A DNA stretch of 63,983 nt, filler included, from Trichomonas gallinae (lineage: Eukaryota), in NCBI GenBank assembly GCA_008369845.1. It is 5 parts of 5 records of this genome, joined end to end, with 100 filler letters (N's around TTAATTAATTAA, not from the genome) between each part and the next. Parts side by side here need not be neighbours in the genome. Positions count along the whole stretch, not along the records: positions 1 to 13,501 come from MRSU01000100.1; 4 more parts are not named here. One strand, 5' to 3'. A program made the position numbers and the translations under genes. The notes under the pieces are model-generated. The model was not told the DNA's origin, searched no databases, and saw only the letters and a program-made list of their open reading frames with translations. Below, in pieces: positions 1 to 11,070 of this stretch. How positions within the stretch are numbered: position 1 is the stretch's first letter; each line of letters starts with the position of its first letter.

Positions 1-580
1 ATAATCATTCATCGAAATTATCAAATTGATTTGCCTTCAAAGATTTTAGAAAAATTTGAAGACAATTTGTATCTTCTACTGAGTTGATTTCAATTATAAT
101 CTCAATGTCAACTTATGAGTGCAATCAAGCTTTACGGCTCTCTTTAGTAATTTTTATGAGAGATTCATAATGGAAAATGTTCTGTTTGATTGAAATTTAT
201 CATCTAGAATGAGAACTATATGAAGCAATCATGTAGTTTTGGTAAGGAAGTTAAAATATAAAATTAAATTTTCGGGAAATATTTAAAACTGATGTATATG
301 GTATTGTTATTGCATTGTTCTGTGTCATTTCGATGAATTATTTGCTAATCTTCTCCAATATATCTGTATAATAGTTGCATGAATACTAAGTTTCATTCGG
401 ATAGTACCAATAATTGATAAGTGGTAACTGGTACCCCATTTTTGGTACCTTTATGTGACCTTTCGTTTCAGACACGACTTTTGAAAATCAGTTTATATTA
501 TTATTAATCATACGTATTGCACTATGTAGTAGTTACGATAATAAAAAAAAAAAAAAACAATTTTACAAAGAGATAAATAA

Positions 581-2635
581 TCAAACAAATGTTAGTTCAA
601 GCAATCTGAGTGGTTCAAGTTCGGCAGTATTTTCAAATGCAACTTTAACACCAGGTGCGGCATATAAGCGAAGATGCTCTTGGTTTTCTTGCACTTGTTC
701 AACGAAGTATTTCCTTCCATCGACTGATATTGTGCCTTTTCCGTTCAGATGAATGAATTGACGAGCCTTTGCCGTTTCTGTTAATCTAAGAGGGCTACCA
801 TATTCAATAGTGAACTCCTTAGTAGTGAGTTCTGGGATCTTTGTGAACGGCTTTATCACAGGCTCATTCTTTGATATAGATTTTGGTTTACGAAGTCTCA
901 GTTCATCATTTTGTGTTTTTGGAGGCCTTCCTCGCTTCTTTTTTGCTGATGGATCATCAGTTTTTGTATCTGCATTTTCTTTTTCTTCATGACTTGTCTC
1001 ATATGTAATTTCTTTATGATTTGTCTTGTCTGTAATGTTGTCTGGTGAAGAAATTTCTGAAGGCTTGATTTGGATTTCATTTGGAGTAGTTCCTTGATTT
1101 TGTTTTGGCGGCCTTCCACGCTTCTTTTTAGGCTGATTTTCATCATTATTTTGATTTTTCCGTGGTCTCCCTCGTTTCTTTTTTGCAGATTGATCATCGT
1201 CCTTTGTAATTTGATCTATATCTTCTTTCTTTTTTGGAGAAATCTCTGAAGTCTTACTTTGGTTTATCTCGGTTTCTTGATCAGATACTGGAATGCTAAT
1301 CTCATCGCTACTGGTGGAGAATTTACTAGGCAGGCTGCTATTAATTATATCTGTCATTGTATCAATTTCAAGCTGATCATATGACATATCATCTTTTGCA
1401 TTAGATTTTGGTGTCATTCCTCGTTTCCTCTTAGATGGAGTGTCTGGAGTTTTTCTAACAGTCAATTCATTCTCAATTGAAATAATCTTATCATCTTGTT
1501 CATATGCTTTTTCTGGAAGAAGTAATTTACCTGAGAGTTTTTCATCTGTTGTTGATGGTGAAGTTTCTTTTTCGTTTTGATAATTATTAATGCTATTTTC
1601 TTCTAATTTAGTATAATTAGTCGATTTTTCTAATTCATCAGTATTATTAATCTTTTTATCTGATTCATCGTTGTTATCAGCCTCTTTTTCTGATTCATCG
1701 GTGTCATTATCAGTTGATTTCGAATGATCATCTCGATTATTAATATCTTTTTCTGATTCATCATTTTCATGATCAGCTGATTTCGAAATATTATCTGATG
1801 TATCTGTTTTTTGCTGATTTTCAATAGGAATATGTAATTTTCTTGCTGGTGAATCCTTGAAAGTATCTTTAACTTTCATTGAAGTAGTTGAATCCGATTC
1901 TTCTTTGTTTTCATCATTTGCAGTGTGATTTTCGATTGTCTCCAAATTTGATTCTGAATCTTCTTTGTTTTTATCATTTCGCTCAGTAACTTGATCAGAC
2001 AAATGTTCTATTTGGTCTGGTTTATCAGATGCAGTCGAGTTTTTATTATTTTTTAGTGATTGTAATCTAACTTTTGTAGAATTTTGTTTATCTTGTGATG
2101 AATCATGGTTCTCATGAGTAGAATCGTTATCATTGTTTGTTTCATCTTCTTTATCTGGAATATTTTCGTTATTTAATTCTGAATCAGATGAAGAGTCAAA
2201 TTTTTGCGATATTTTCATAGATCTTTCTTTAATTGGTTCTTTTGGTTTAGAATTTGCGTCTGTTGTGGCGATTTTTTCAGGTGTTTCAAGAATTGTATTC
2301 TTTTTGTTCTTTCTTCTTTCTGATGAGTTCGTTGGTGATTTATCTAAGTATGATTGTGTTTGTGAAAGTCTTTCTTCTTCTAAATCGAAAAAAGATTGAT
2401 CTGGCGTCGGCATTTCATTTCCAGATTTAGGAGATGTAACAGATTTCACATCTTTGAGAGTTGACAACTTTTTTGTTGGCGAATTCTTTGGTGTCGATTG
2501 ATTTTCAGGATTATTATTTTTTCTCTTTCGAGTTTGTTTACTTTCTGTTGTATCCTCTGGTTCCTTAGAAATCAATCTAGCAGGTGGCTTTAAATTCGAA
2601 TTTTTTCGTTTCCTTTCTATCAATGCTAAACTCAT
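581..2635 (-). CDS. Low-complexity nuclear protein with three AT-hooks and a C-terminal cupin-like domain (CENP-C/Mif2-like architecture)
   Basis: Track ORF starts at TTG 2638; ATG at 2635. Three KK(K)RGRP(R/P)K AT-hooks, a long acidic/Ser/Asn disordered region, and ~80 C-terminal residues with a cupin-like beta pattern (HLNGKGTISVDGRKYFV...YAAPGVKVAFENTAELEPLRLLELTFV). Confidence 0.75.
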   Translation of the reverse strand: MSLALIERKRKNSNLKPPARLISKEPEDTTESKQTRKRKNNNPENQSTPKNSPTKKLSTLKDVKSVTSPKSGNEMPTPDQSFFDLEEERLSQTQSYLDKSPTNSSERRKNKKNTILETPEKIATTDANSKPKEPIKERSMKISQKFDSSSDSELNNENIPDKEDETNNDNDSTHENHDSSQDKQNSTKVRLQSLKNNKNSTASDKPDQIEHLSDQVTERNDKNKEDSESNLETIENHTANDENKEESDSTTSMKVKDTFKDSPARKLHIPIENQQKTDTSDNISKSADHENDESEKDINNRDDHSKSTDNDTDESEKEADNNDESDKKINNTDELEKSTNYTKLEENSINNYQNEKETSPSTTDEKLSGKLLLPEKAYEQDDKIISIENELTVRKTPDTPSKRKRGMTPKSNAKDDMSYDQLEIDTMTDIINSSLPSKFSTSSDEISIPVSDQETEINQSKTSEISPKKKEDIDQITKDDDQSAKKKRGRPRKNQNNDENQPKKKRGRPPKQNQGTTPNEIQIKPSEISSPDNITDKTNHKEITYETSHEEKENADTKTDDPSAKKKRGRPPKTQNDELRLRKPKSISKNEPVIKPFTKIPELTTKEFTIEYGSPLRLTETAKARQFIHLNGKGTISVDGRKYFVEQVQENQEHLRLYAAPGVKVAFENTAELEPLRLLELTFV

Positions 2636-2649
2636 CAAACGTAAAAATT

Positions 2650-2657
2650 GTCACTTT
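2650..2657 (-). promoter_or_regulatory. AAAGTGAC core-promoter-like motif (recurs near several start codons)
   Basis: AAAGTGAC on the sense strand shortly upstream of ATGs at 2650-2657, 23447-23454, 31726-31733 and 54913-54920. The reverse form GTCACTTT lies on the sense strand at 3475-3482 and 42862-42869. From memory, this resembles a described Trichomonas upstream motif. Confidence 0.6.
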
Positions 2658-3487
2658 TTTATTCATCAAAAAAATCATTCTAACATTTTTGAAGAATTTC
2701 ATGCGAATAGACTTCATAACACAAAGTATATCAATTTGTATATTATTCTTATACGCTCACTGCATGTATTCATGTTACTATAATCTTTCTCTTATCAAAA
2801 ATGTGATGTATGTCAATCAATCTTCGTATGAAAAATTTGTAAATAAGGTTAATTTATGATAATGATTTTGCTCAACATATTATTAATCAAATGCATTGCT
2901 TTTAAGAGTGTATAATTAAACACCTAATTTTGCGACATGATATTAAATATTCATATTTTCAGGAATTTGAATATCAATTTTTATACAAATTACTAATTGG
3001 ATATCATATAATTACAAAAGAAATAGATTATTACTCAACTAATTGCTTATGAAATCATAGAAAAAATGGATCAAAATATTAACTTTGATTATGTATTATA
3101 ATATCATATCAAGTGAATCAAATAGAAGGAAATTTTGCTTCAACACGCAATCTCTCTGAAGGAAATCACTTTCGAAAAAAAAATCAATAAGCATCAAGAA
3201 AATGAATTATCTGACCAAATAGTTTAGGAGTTTGATTTAGTAACTTTTCTATTTTAAATTTAGTCAACCATGTCACCAATAAATGATATGAATTAAAGAA
3301 AAAAAAAAATGATTGGTAACATCCCCTAATAAAAGTTTATTAGAGGGTCTAAACAAAAAAAATTAAAAATCGATAATTCCTGTAAAACAGCATTATAATA
3401 CTGATGTTGATACCGAATAACTGAGTGGATTCTTCCGATTCTCAAGATTTGAATTATATGACAAACAACTGTTTGTCACTTTTCATA

Positions 3488-4198
3488 ATGCAGAAAAAGA
3501 AACTTCTTGCTGATCTTTTGGATATTGTCGACCGCAGCCGCGAGTCTGTCGACACCCACGCCAAGGAAGTCGATAACATGAAGAACTTCATCAAGACTTG
3601 CAAAGTACTTGTCAAAAATGAAACACCAGAATTCGAATCTAAGTTCGAAAACATTTCCCAGATCTTCGAAGAAATCATGGACCTCAACGCTAAGCTCGTC
3701 GCAGCAGAAGCCAGAACGGCCGAAGACTTGAACGATGTTGCCGCCAGATTCGATGTCGTTTTCCGTGTTTCAGAAGAAACAATGGAGAAGACACAGGCAG
3801 TTAAGACATGGTCCGCTAAAATCAAGAAGCTCCACGAAGATTTGGAAGCTGATAAGGCCAAGGGTGGCGCAAAGACAGCTAAGATCGAAGCTGACATTAA
3901 GCAAGCCATCGAAAACAAGAAGAAGGCTATTGAGGAGGCTGATGCTAAGCTCGTAGAATTCATCCACGTTAAAGAGAAATATAACACATTCAAAGTACAT
4001 CGTCTTCAGCATGCTTACGAGCATATGGGCAAGTCAATATCAGAAATCGAGAAAGCTAAATCTGAGGCATTCGAAAGACTACGCAACGCCTGCATCATCT
4101 CTAATGAGGAGTTGGAGGGTCTCCTTGCTCCATTAGCTGAGCAGCCAGCACCAGCAGCAGAAGGTGGCGAAGGCCAATCCAACTCTCCTTTCGAGTAA
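3488..4198 (+). CDS. Helical coiled-coil protein, BAR-domain-like
   Basis: ATG 3488 follows Inr-like TCACTTTTCATA (track start is GTG 3425). Strong C-ending codon bias, ~200 aa of amphipathic helices with a basic KAKGGAK loop, short disordered tail ending SPFE, stop in TAAA context. Confidence 0.7.
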   Translation: MQKKKLLADLLDIVDRSRESVDTHAKEVDNMKNFIKTCKVLVKNETPEFESKFENISQIFEEIMDLNAKLVAAEARTAEDLNDVAARFDVVFRVSEETMEKTQAVKTWSAKIKKLHEDLEADKAKGGAKTAKIEADIKQAIENKKKAIEEADAKLVEFIHVKEKYNTFKVHRLQHAYEHMGKSISEIEKAKSEAFERLRNACIISNEELEGLLAPLAEQPAPAAEGGEGQSNSPFE

Positions 4199-4552
4199 AT
4201 ACGACTTTTTTACGTTAGACCTCTTCAATAAAACTATTTTATTGTTCATTGATTTCCTATTTAACATATTAAAATAATCTGAACATAACCGGTTAAAAAC
4301 TTTTATTAAAATATTAAAATAAAAAATATGAAGAAAAAATTATAAAATAATTAATTATGATAATTAGGTCAAAGAGATGTGCTGATCTTCTAAATAAAAA
4401 TAGAATTTTAATTGTAATTTCGACGAATAAATTAATATTCAAGAACAAAAAATGAATTTCCATCGTTTATAAAGAGTTGTTTCATATATTGGTGGATTTG
4501 TGTGAGAAAAAATAGCAGAATTTTTCAATAAATCGCAATAAAAAATTAAAAT

Positions 4553-5641
4553 TTATTTTCCTCCGGATAAAAGATAAGCAGTAATTGAGGCATCAACATT
4601 AGCATAGTTAATTGCCGATATCCATGTTAACAGGTCTTTTTCAGTTTTGAAAGCAAGTGTATAAGATGTTCTTGGGCTATCTTTAAAGTGTCCATCCTTA
4701 TTTTTAACGCCAAATGCCGTATTATCTAATCTGTTAATCTGAAGAACCCAAGGCTTGTTCTTGATGTTCTGTTTAGGTGCAGCCACAGCAAAATCGAGTG
4801 GAATCTTTCCGCGGATATCCTCCTTCGCTTTGCTTGGATAGTATGTAATCAGGAATGAGTCTCTGCCATTCGTATTAACTTTTGTGAATTCATAATAGAA
4901 TGAACTCCAAGAGTTGATGAAACGGCCTTCATGTTCAAGCTCGGCCTCAAGCTGGAGCTCTGTATTAACAGGAAGCGCTGTAAAATAGATTGGTGGTGGG
5001 TGATTTTCAACTTCGTATGATATTTGATCGAGAACGTATTTAGAGATTGTTTTGAATGAAGAGTATTTATCTATGACTTCTGTGAATTTCTTCTTATGAA
5101 ATGCAGATGCAATAACGGCGTAGAAAATTTCTTTAACAACTTCTTTATCTGGCCACTCCAGAGAATTTCTCATGCAGTAAATTTGTGCGAATGTAGTTAC
5201 AAAGAAGTTAATAGCCATGCAATTCTCGGGGATAGCGATTTTTGCGGTAATTGCAGATATCGCATCAATTAATGAAACGCAATCCAAATCGATAGCTGTA
5301 ATAAATGAACGCAGAAGAGCTTTATGCATTTGAATGGCGAATGCTGAATTGTAAATAATCAAAGCGTTTGCATATGGAGATATATTTGGTGAGTGGAAGA
5401 TGATCCTTGCAATATCACGAGGATTATCGAAGTTAGGATTTGCTTCTAAAAATTTTGTGAGTACTTGCTCTGGGTTTGTCGCATAAGATTCCGCCATTGA
5501 TACCGTTAATGTGGATGGAATATCCGTGGGAATCATGATTGAGTCTTTGCTTGGGATTGTGCCATTCCACGGCTCAAAAGGAGCTTTCGATGGGAGACAA
5601 TAAACGCACTTATGGTACGGATCGACGCTAATTTCCGCCAT
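4553..5641 (-). CDS. Degenerate Sec7 domain plus PH domain protein (cytohesin/ARF-GEF-like)
   Basis: LLRSFITAIDLDCVSLIDAISAITAKIAIPENCMAINFFVTTFAQIYCMRN follows the Sec7 core pattern. C-terminal PH with terminal helix YTLAFKTEKDLLTWISAI. Confidence 0.7.
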   Translation of the reverse strand: MAEISVDPYHKCVYCLPSKAPFEPWNGTIPSKDSIMIPTDIPSTLTVSMAESYATNPEQVLTKFLEANPNFDNPRDIARIIFHSPNISPYANALIIYNSAFAIQMHKALLRSFITAIDLDCVSLIDAISAITAKIAIPENCMAINFFVTTFAQIYCMRNSLEWPDKEVVKEIFYAVIASAFHKKKFTEVIDKYSSFKTISKYVLDQISYEVENHPPPIYFTALPVNTELQLEAELEHEGRFINSWSSFYYEFTKVNTNGRDSFLITYYPSKAKEDIRGKIPLDFAVAAPKQNIKNKPWVLQINRLDNTAFGVKNKDGHFKDSPRTSYTLAFKTEKDLLTWISAINYANVDASITAYLLSGGK

Positions 5642-6090
5642 CAATAAATCGCGTTGCCACTTTTATTACTACTTCACTTTTCGCTATTAAGGTTATTATG
5701 GTATTTAACCTTATTTCTCCATCTCATGAAATTCCACTCATATCATTATGTAAGTATAATAGATATAATATACTCCTTCAGTTATAATATATTTTTGATT
5801 AGCAAGCTTGTACATCTAAATTTTAACAAAAAATATTAAATCGTTTCAAATTACTAACAACATCATGAGTAATATCGATATTCTTAATATATTCTTTATA
5901 GTTGAATGTATTATCAGTTTCAGAACTTTGAATTCGTGTATTCAATCAGAAAATTAAATATTTGACTGAAAAAGAAATTTATTAGTACTCAATGGTTAAG
6001 GTAGTTGATGTGCATTGAATACTCATTACTAAATATAGTAATTCAAGTGCAGATATTGATTTTGAAAATAGTTTGTTAAAATGTTTATTA

Positions 6091-6546
6091 TTAATGTCCA
6101 AGAGCATGCATAAGCTCACTGAAACCGATGAGACCATCGCCATTCTTATCCATAGCTTTGAAAGCTTCATCGATATCGATTTCGCCAAAATCGCTTGGGA
6201 AGAGCTTCATGAATTCAGCTACTTCGCTCTTGTCGAGCTTTTTACTGTGGTCCTTATCGATTTTGAGGAAAATCTTCTTGAATAAATATAATGGATCTTC
6301 TTCCATCTTGTCTATCATCGCCATGAAGCTAACGAAATCATCAAATGAAACTTCATTTCCATTGTGCTTATCCATAATAAAGAAAAGAAGTGGAGAAAAT
6401 TCTACTGGAAGTTCAATATCCTCTAAAAACTTGTTAAACTCCTCCTGTGAGAGGGATCCGCTCTTGTCAGTATCAAGTTCTTCGAACATTACCTTGAATT
6501 CGGCTATTTCTTTCTGTGTGTATTTCTTCCTGATAACTTTAGACAT
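6091..6546 (-). CDS. Calmodulin-like EF-hand protein
   Basis: EF loops DTDKSGSLSQEE, DKHNGNEVSFDD, DKDHSKKLDKSE, DKNGDGLIGFSE; 151 aa. Confidence 0.92.
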   Translation of the reverse strand: MSKVIRKKYTQKEIAEFKVMFEELDTDKSGSLSQEEFNKFLEDIELPVEFSPLLFFIMDKHNGNEVSFDDFVSFMAMIDKMEEDPLYLFKKIFLKIDKDHSKKLDKSEVAEFMKLFPSDFGEIDIDEAFKAMDKNGDGLIGFSELMHALGH

Positions 6547-7111
6547 TTTGAATGATCTTCAATGCCTCTGAATTATCAGTATTTCACTGCTCAATAATAG
6601 CATTCGAATATTAATATTACAATCAAAATGATCGATTATTTTTGCGGTCTTAAAATTGACCTATTTTCTTTATTCCATTTGTATCTTCTCAATATAGATT
6701 GTGTTATATTGAATTCTCAAAGAGTTTTAAGGTTTTATTATGAATCGATAATATTAATGCATATATGAACTGTTAATTATAAAATATAAATGTATTATAG
6801 TCCATCTTTACTATTGGCTATTCAACGATTTGTTAACCAAAAAATATAAATCTTTTTCAATATCCAATTAATTAAATATTGATTTACTTTTAATACATAA
6901 TATACACATCATAGAGATATTATATCCGAACAAAATAGTTCTATAGTTATATATATGATCCAGGAATTGATTTAACTTAGATATATTTTAGTCTATGTTA
7001 CTTCAAAATTTACAGACTTTATATATATGAGATAAGCATGGTATAAATAATATATCTAAGGATTTGAACACATTGATGTTAAGATCTAGATTTTGTCAAG
7101 TATAAAAAAAA

Positions 7112-7137
7112 TGACATGTAAAAGTCAGATTTCAAAA
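7112..7137 (+). promoter_or_regulatory. TGACATGTAAA..GTCAGATTTCAAAA upstream element
   Basis: Near-identical copy at 55608-55635; each lies ~20-30 nt upstream of an ATG of an unrelated gene. Confidence 0.55.
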
Positions 7138-7158
7138 TAAAGAAATAAAATTGACAAA

Positions 7159-9003
7159 ATGTATTTAAAGAGGAAATTTAATGAATTCCAGGAGCCTGAT
7201 CCAAGAGAAGCTTCAACAGTATGGGCAGAAGTGATGAAAATTACACCCGCCAAGATCCAATTTCCAGAATTCTACGATAAAATCTTAAATGTTTTTAATT
7301 CAGAGCGAGAAATGTTCAATAATATCATCCATCATTCAGCAAAGAAGGAAGCCACCACTCCTTCAAATTTTGAAGAACTTCCACCTTTAACACAAATTTC
7401 GGTTTTTTTCTCCTACTTTAAAACAATTTTTGGTATGGAAGAATTACATAACTTCGCCTTATGCATCAATTTATCACTCGAAAAAATCCAACAAAAGTTC
7501 ACAAGAAAGCAATATATTCAATATCTTACTGTCGTTTCAATTCTTAGGCGCATTCTACGGACAATGAATATTTTAGACCAAAACAAATATTCAGACAAAT
7601 TAGCAAAGAGTTTCGCGCGTCTTTTAATGCCACCAAATAATAAACTATTTGCAACGCTTTCTATTCAGTTTGTAACTGTTTTCGTGTCCCCATGCTACCT
7701 TTCGAACTCTCAATGCAAGAAAATCCCTGCATACATAAAATTACTTTCAGACGGAATTTTTAAGATCTACAGCGTTGATTTGACTGAAGTCATTGAAGTT
7801 TTGCCACTCAGAAAGTTCACTGTCATCCAGGATGAAAGTATTCTGGAATTTTACGAAGGTTCTCTTTCTCCAATTTTAACTTTGCAGTTTCCAAATGTCC
7901 GCTCTGCAGAAATCGTTCTTGGCATCTATATCTCTGAAGCACCAATTGGGTTCAACCACGTAACAACATTCCTATCATGTATTTCTAGTCTTGCGTGCGT
8001 GGAAACATTTTTCTTGAATATTGACTTCCATTTCCCAGAAGAAGCCTACACAAACATCTCTCGTATCATAGAATCAAATGGATGCGAGTTTCTCTTGTAT
8101 ATGATGCTTTTGCCAACTGAAGAAGCGCAAGTCAATGATAAAAATGCATTGTACTTCTTGTCACTTATCGGAAACAAGTTGTATCCATTCATAAGATGCG
8201 TTATAGAAAATAATCTCAACGAAGTTAACTCGAATCATATCGTATTCAGACAAAACTCTGCTTTAACGAGTGTAACAACAGTTTTACTCAAAGAATTAGG
8301 TGCTTCTTTCCTTGCTAACGTTGTTCTCAAGCTTAATGCTATTGTTAATAATACAATCGGCACATTTACGAATTATGAGCTTAGTGATGATGAATCAGCT
8401 GTAAACTTCGCTCAAAACGTTTTCATTCCTGCATTCAATGTCATCATTAATAGCGTTTCTTATTTGCCTAATCCTGTGAAATCAATTTTCAGAGAATTTT
8501 TCCTCGGCACAATAAATCACTTTCCGAATGAAATTACGCCTCTCATCGTTATAGCGAACATTCTCCTGCTTAGATTTATCTATCCTGAGTTTGCAGCTCA
8601 AAATCAGAAAAATATGAAATTTGTTTCAAAGATTTCACAAGCAATCATGAACGCTTTTTATCTCCATGGATGGGAAGCTGATAGAAACCCGCCAGCTCTT
8701 GTAAAACTCAATGAAAAATACGTTTTTCCATTATTCAATCAGATTCCACAATTTCTTCATGATTTGATCACTGTTGACGATAGTGATGCTATTACAAGAA
8801 TTAATTGTCCAAATGATATGAAAGTTGATATAATCAAATATATCGTTCCAGCAGCTGAAAGATTCACATCTCTCAACCTCGAATCCGCAAACTTCTATGT
8901 CAAGAAGCACATAGATATCCAATCAGTCACAAAGATGTTGCACGAATCAGTTTTCGAGCTGAGCAACTCTTATATTGAAATAGTCAAGTCCGACATTATG
9001 TAA
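7159..9003 (+). CDS. RasGAP-domain protein (with PH-like region)
   Basis: Arginine-finger-type VFRQNSALTS and FLR-type motif LLRFIYP in the C-terminal half. Confidence 0.8.
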   Translation: MYLKRKFNEFQEPDPREASTVWAEVMKITPAKIQFPEFYDKILNVFNSEREMFNNIIHHSAKKEATTPSNFEELPPLTQISVFFSYFKTIFGMEELHNFALCINLSLEKIQQKFTRKQYIQYLTVVSILRRILRTMNILDQNKYSDKLAKSFARLLMPPNNKLFATLSIQFVTVFVSPCYLSNSQCKKIPAYIKLLSDGIFKIYSVDLTEVIEVLPLRKFTVIQDESILEFYEGSLSPILTLQFPNVRSAEIVLGIYISEAPIGFNHVTTFLSCISSLACVETFFLNIDFHFPEEAYTNISRIIESNGCEFLLYMMLLPTEEAQVNDKNALYFLSLIGNKLYPFIRCVIENNLNEVNSNHIVFRQNSALTSVTTVLLKELGASFLANVVLKLNAIVNNTIGTFTNYELSDDESAVNFAQNVFIPAFNVIINSVSYLPNPVKSIFREFFLGTINHFPNEITPLIVIANILLLRFIYPEFAAQNQKNMKFVSKISQAIMNAFYLHGWEADRNPPALVKLNEKYVFPLFNQIPQFLHDLITVDDSDAITRINCPNDMKVDIIKYIVPAAERFTSLNLESANFYVKKHIDIQSVTKMLHESVFELSNSYIEIVKSDIM

Positions 9004-9296
9004 TAATTTGTTGTTAATTAAAGTAAAATTTATTGTTTAAATTCAGATATATTTTATCAAATTAATAACTATAACTATTATGTCTATTAATCCTATATAT
9101 TATGTTGTAAACTGTTTATATATAGGATTGATTATATTACCATCCTTAAAAAATGAAAGATTCAAAATTTGAAATTCTAATAAATCTTCTTAAATTGATT
9201 TTGATGTAGAAATTTGCAATTATATAATCGGTAGATTCTATATTTGGAGTTAAAATATTTCCCCTTTATTAATTTTCCAGACCCTAAATTTATAAA

Positions 9297-9767
9297 ATGT
9301 TTTTGTATTTTTTAACGTTCGGCATTTGTGCTGATTCTACGACAGATTCAAATTCTACATGTCCAATTATGGGCAATGGATGTAAATTTGTCACAACAAA
9401 CAACGAAACAATTCCAAATAACGCCCATATTCAAATTCCATTTAATACAACGTGCAACATATTGTTAACGCAGTGTTTTACATACAGTTGTTATGCAATC
9501 TTTGATTTAACGCAGTTTCTTAAATGGGGATACGCACCAAATCAAAACTATTCATTTTTCTCTAGCGCTAACCTCTCTGCAACTTATCAATTATCGGATT
9601 CTGGTATTGTATTCAAACCAACACGATCAAATGTTTGGGTTAATTTCACTACTAAAACACCTGATCAATTTTTTGAGTTACATCCTTATCAATCAGCTGA
9701 AGACACATCGGAATCATACAATATTTCGCAGGTATTTGATGGTATGCCATTTTGTAATGATATGTAA
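9297..9767 (+). CDS. Hypothetical secreted protein
   Basis: ATG-initiated 156 aa ORF with a short hydrophobic signal-like N-terminus (MFLYFLTFGICA) and several N-glycosylation sequons. Confidence 0.6.
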   Translation: MFLYFLTFGICADSTTDSNSTCPIMGNGCKFVTTNNETIPNNAHIQIPFNTTCNILLTQCFTYSCYAIFDLTQFLKWGYAPNQNYSFFSSANLSATYQLSDSGIVFKPTRSNVWVNFTTKTPDQFFELHPYQSAEDTSESYNISQVFDGMPFCNDM

Positions 9768-10059
9768 TTGTTTTTTTATAAAAATTAAAATATACTTGTT
9801 TTTAATCTTTAAAATGCATAGCAGTTATTTATCTTTTACACAAGTATTTACGTATTATTTAGAATTAAACAAATATGAAAATTTCTTTATTTTTGATATA
9901 CAAAATTCAGCTTGAATTAACATGTAAAGAATCTTCATGAGCAAATTGCAATTTACAAACTGTTGGAAACCTATTTTATAATGAGTCATCCAAACTAAAC
10001 TATTGTAAAAATGTTGAACAAGATCATAATATAGAAGTGAGATATGAGATTGAATAATG

Positions 10060-11070
10060 TCACTGAAATAGAGCTGAACTGATTGCAAAATAAAAGAAAT
10101 ATTTCATATTCTGGAAATCAATAACAAGTGTTTCATCACCTTGAAATGGGCATTTTTCATCGTTGCAGTGTACTACTGGTATATTTAGTTTAATCATACT
10201 TCTATCAGCAATAGGACTATTGATAATAACTTTATCTCCTAAATCTGTTTCAGGAAAAATATATGATTCAGTAATGATAATGTTAAGAGTATCTAGAAAG
10301 CTGGGACCTAATGTAGTAATATTATTTTTTTTCTATAATGCAGCTATTAACAGTGCAATTGGCAGCTATCAGAAATTGGAGAACTGTTGTCTTTAAAAAT
10401 TCATTGATTTATTTTAGAATAAAAATGTTCTGATTGAAAACAAACATTGTTGGTTTGAGAGATAAGCAAGCACAAGGAAAAATCTGGCAAGTAATTATTA
10501 CCAATGAAGCTGCAGTATGATATTGCTCCATCTAGAGAACCAAGTCCAATCCAAAAACAAAAATTCGCTTTGTTATGAGTGGAATTAATATTGGAAATGT
10601 GAAGTGTTTCACATATCTGGCTTAATATATTTGCAGAGGTTTCATCTCCACAATTCGAAATCGAAAGGAATTGTGATACAGGATTCCTGACTTCTAGTGA
10701 ATATGCCGCACCTACATTGGCAATTGAGTTTCGGTAACAGTTCTTGTTTTGAATAACAGAAGCTTCAACTAGGTTGCATGAGAAACATGCTGACTTCGAA
10801 TGTAAATAGATATAATTGTCGAACAAAACAATGTTCAAGAAGTATGTTTGGTGATGTCATAGAGCAATCACTAGGATGTTCTAAGGAAATATCCATGCCA
10901 ATTGCTGTGGAATTTGATATTGATACAAATGAACAACATAAAATATAATAATTATCGATTTTGTGATCGTAGGATATGTTAGATGAATTCTGATAGTGTC
11001 TATATTGAGGTTCACTACCTTCATAGAACTTTGTTCATGAACAAAGAAGGAAAAAAGTTTGGAAAATCAT
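10060..11070 (-). pseudogene. Pseudogene of a Cys/Asn-rich trichomonad surface/secreted protein family
   Basis: ATG 11070 gives MIFQTFFLLCS*TKFYEG... with an in-frame TGA at 11035-11037. A frameshift leads into the 10401-10838 fragment (NKNC, SQFLSISNC, NINSTHN, YCSFIGN). A further shifted tail ends ...MKYFFYFAISSALFQ* at 10060. Confidence 0.65.

Noticed and set aside
3454..4024. Antisense ORFs over codon-biased genes (also 6128-6571, 22615-23127, 33851-34378, 39440-39928)
   Set aside because: Expected by-products of codon bias on the opposite strand of well-supported genes.
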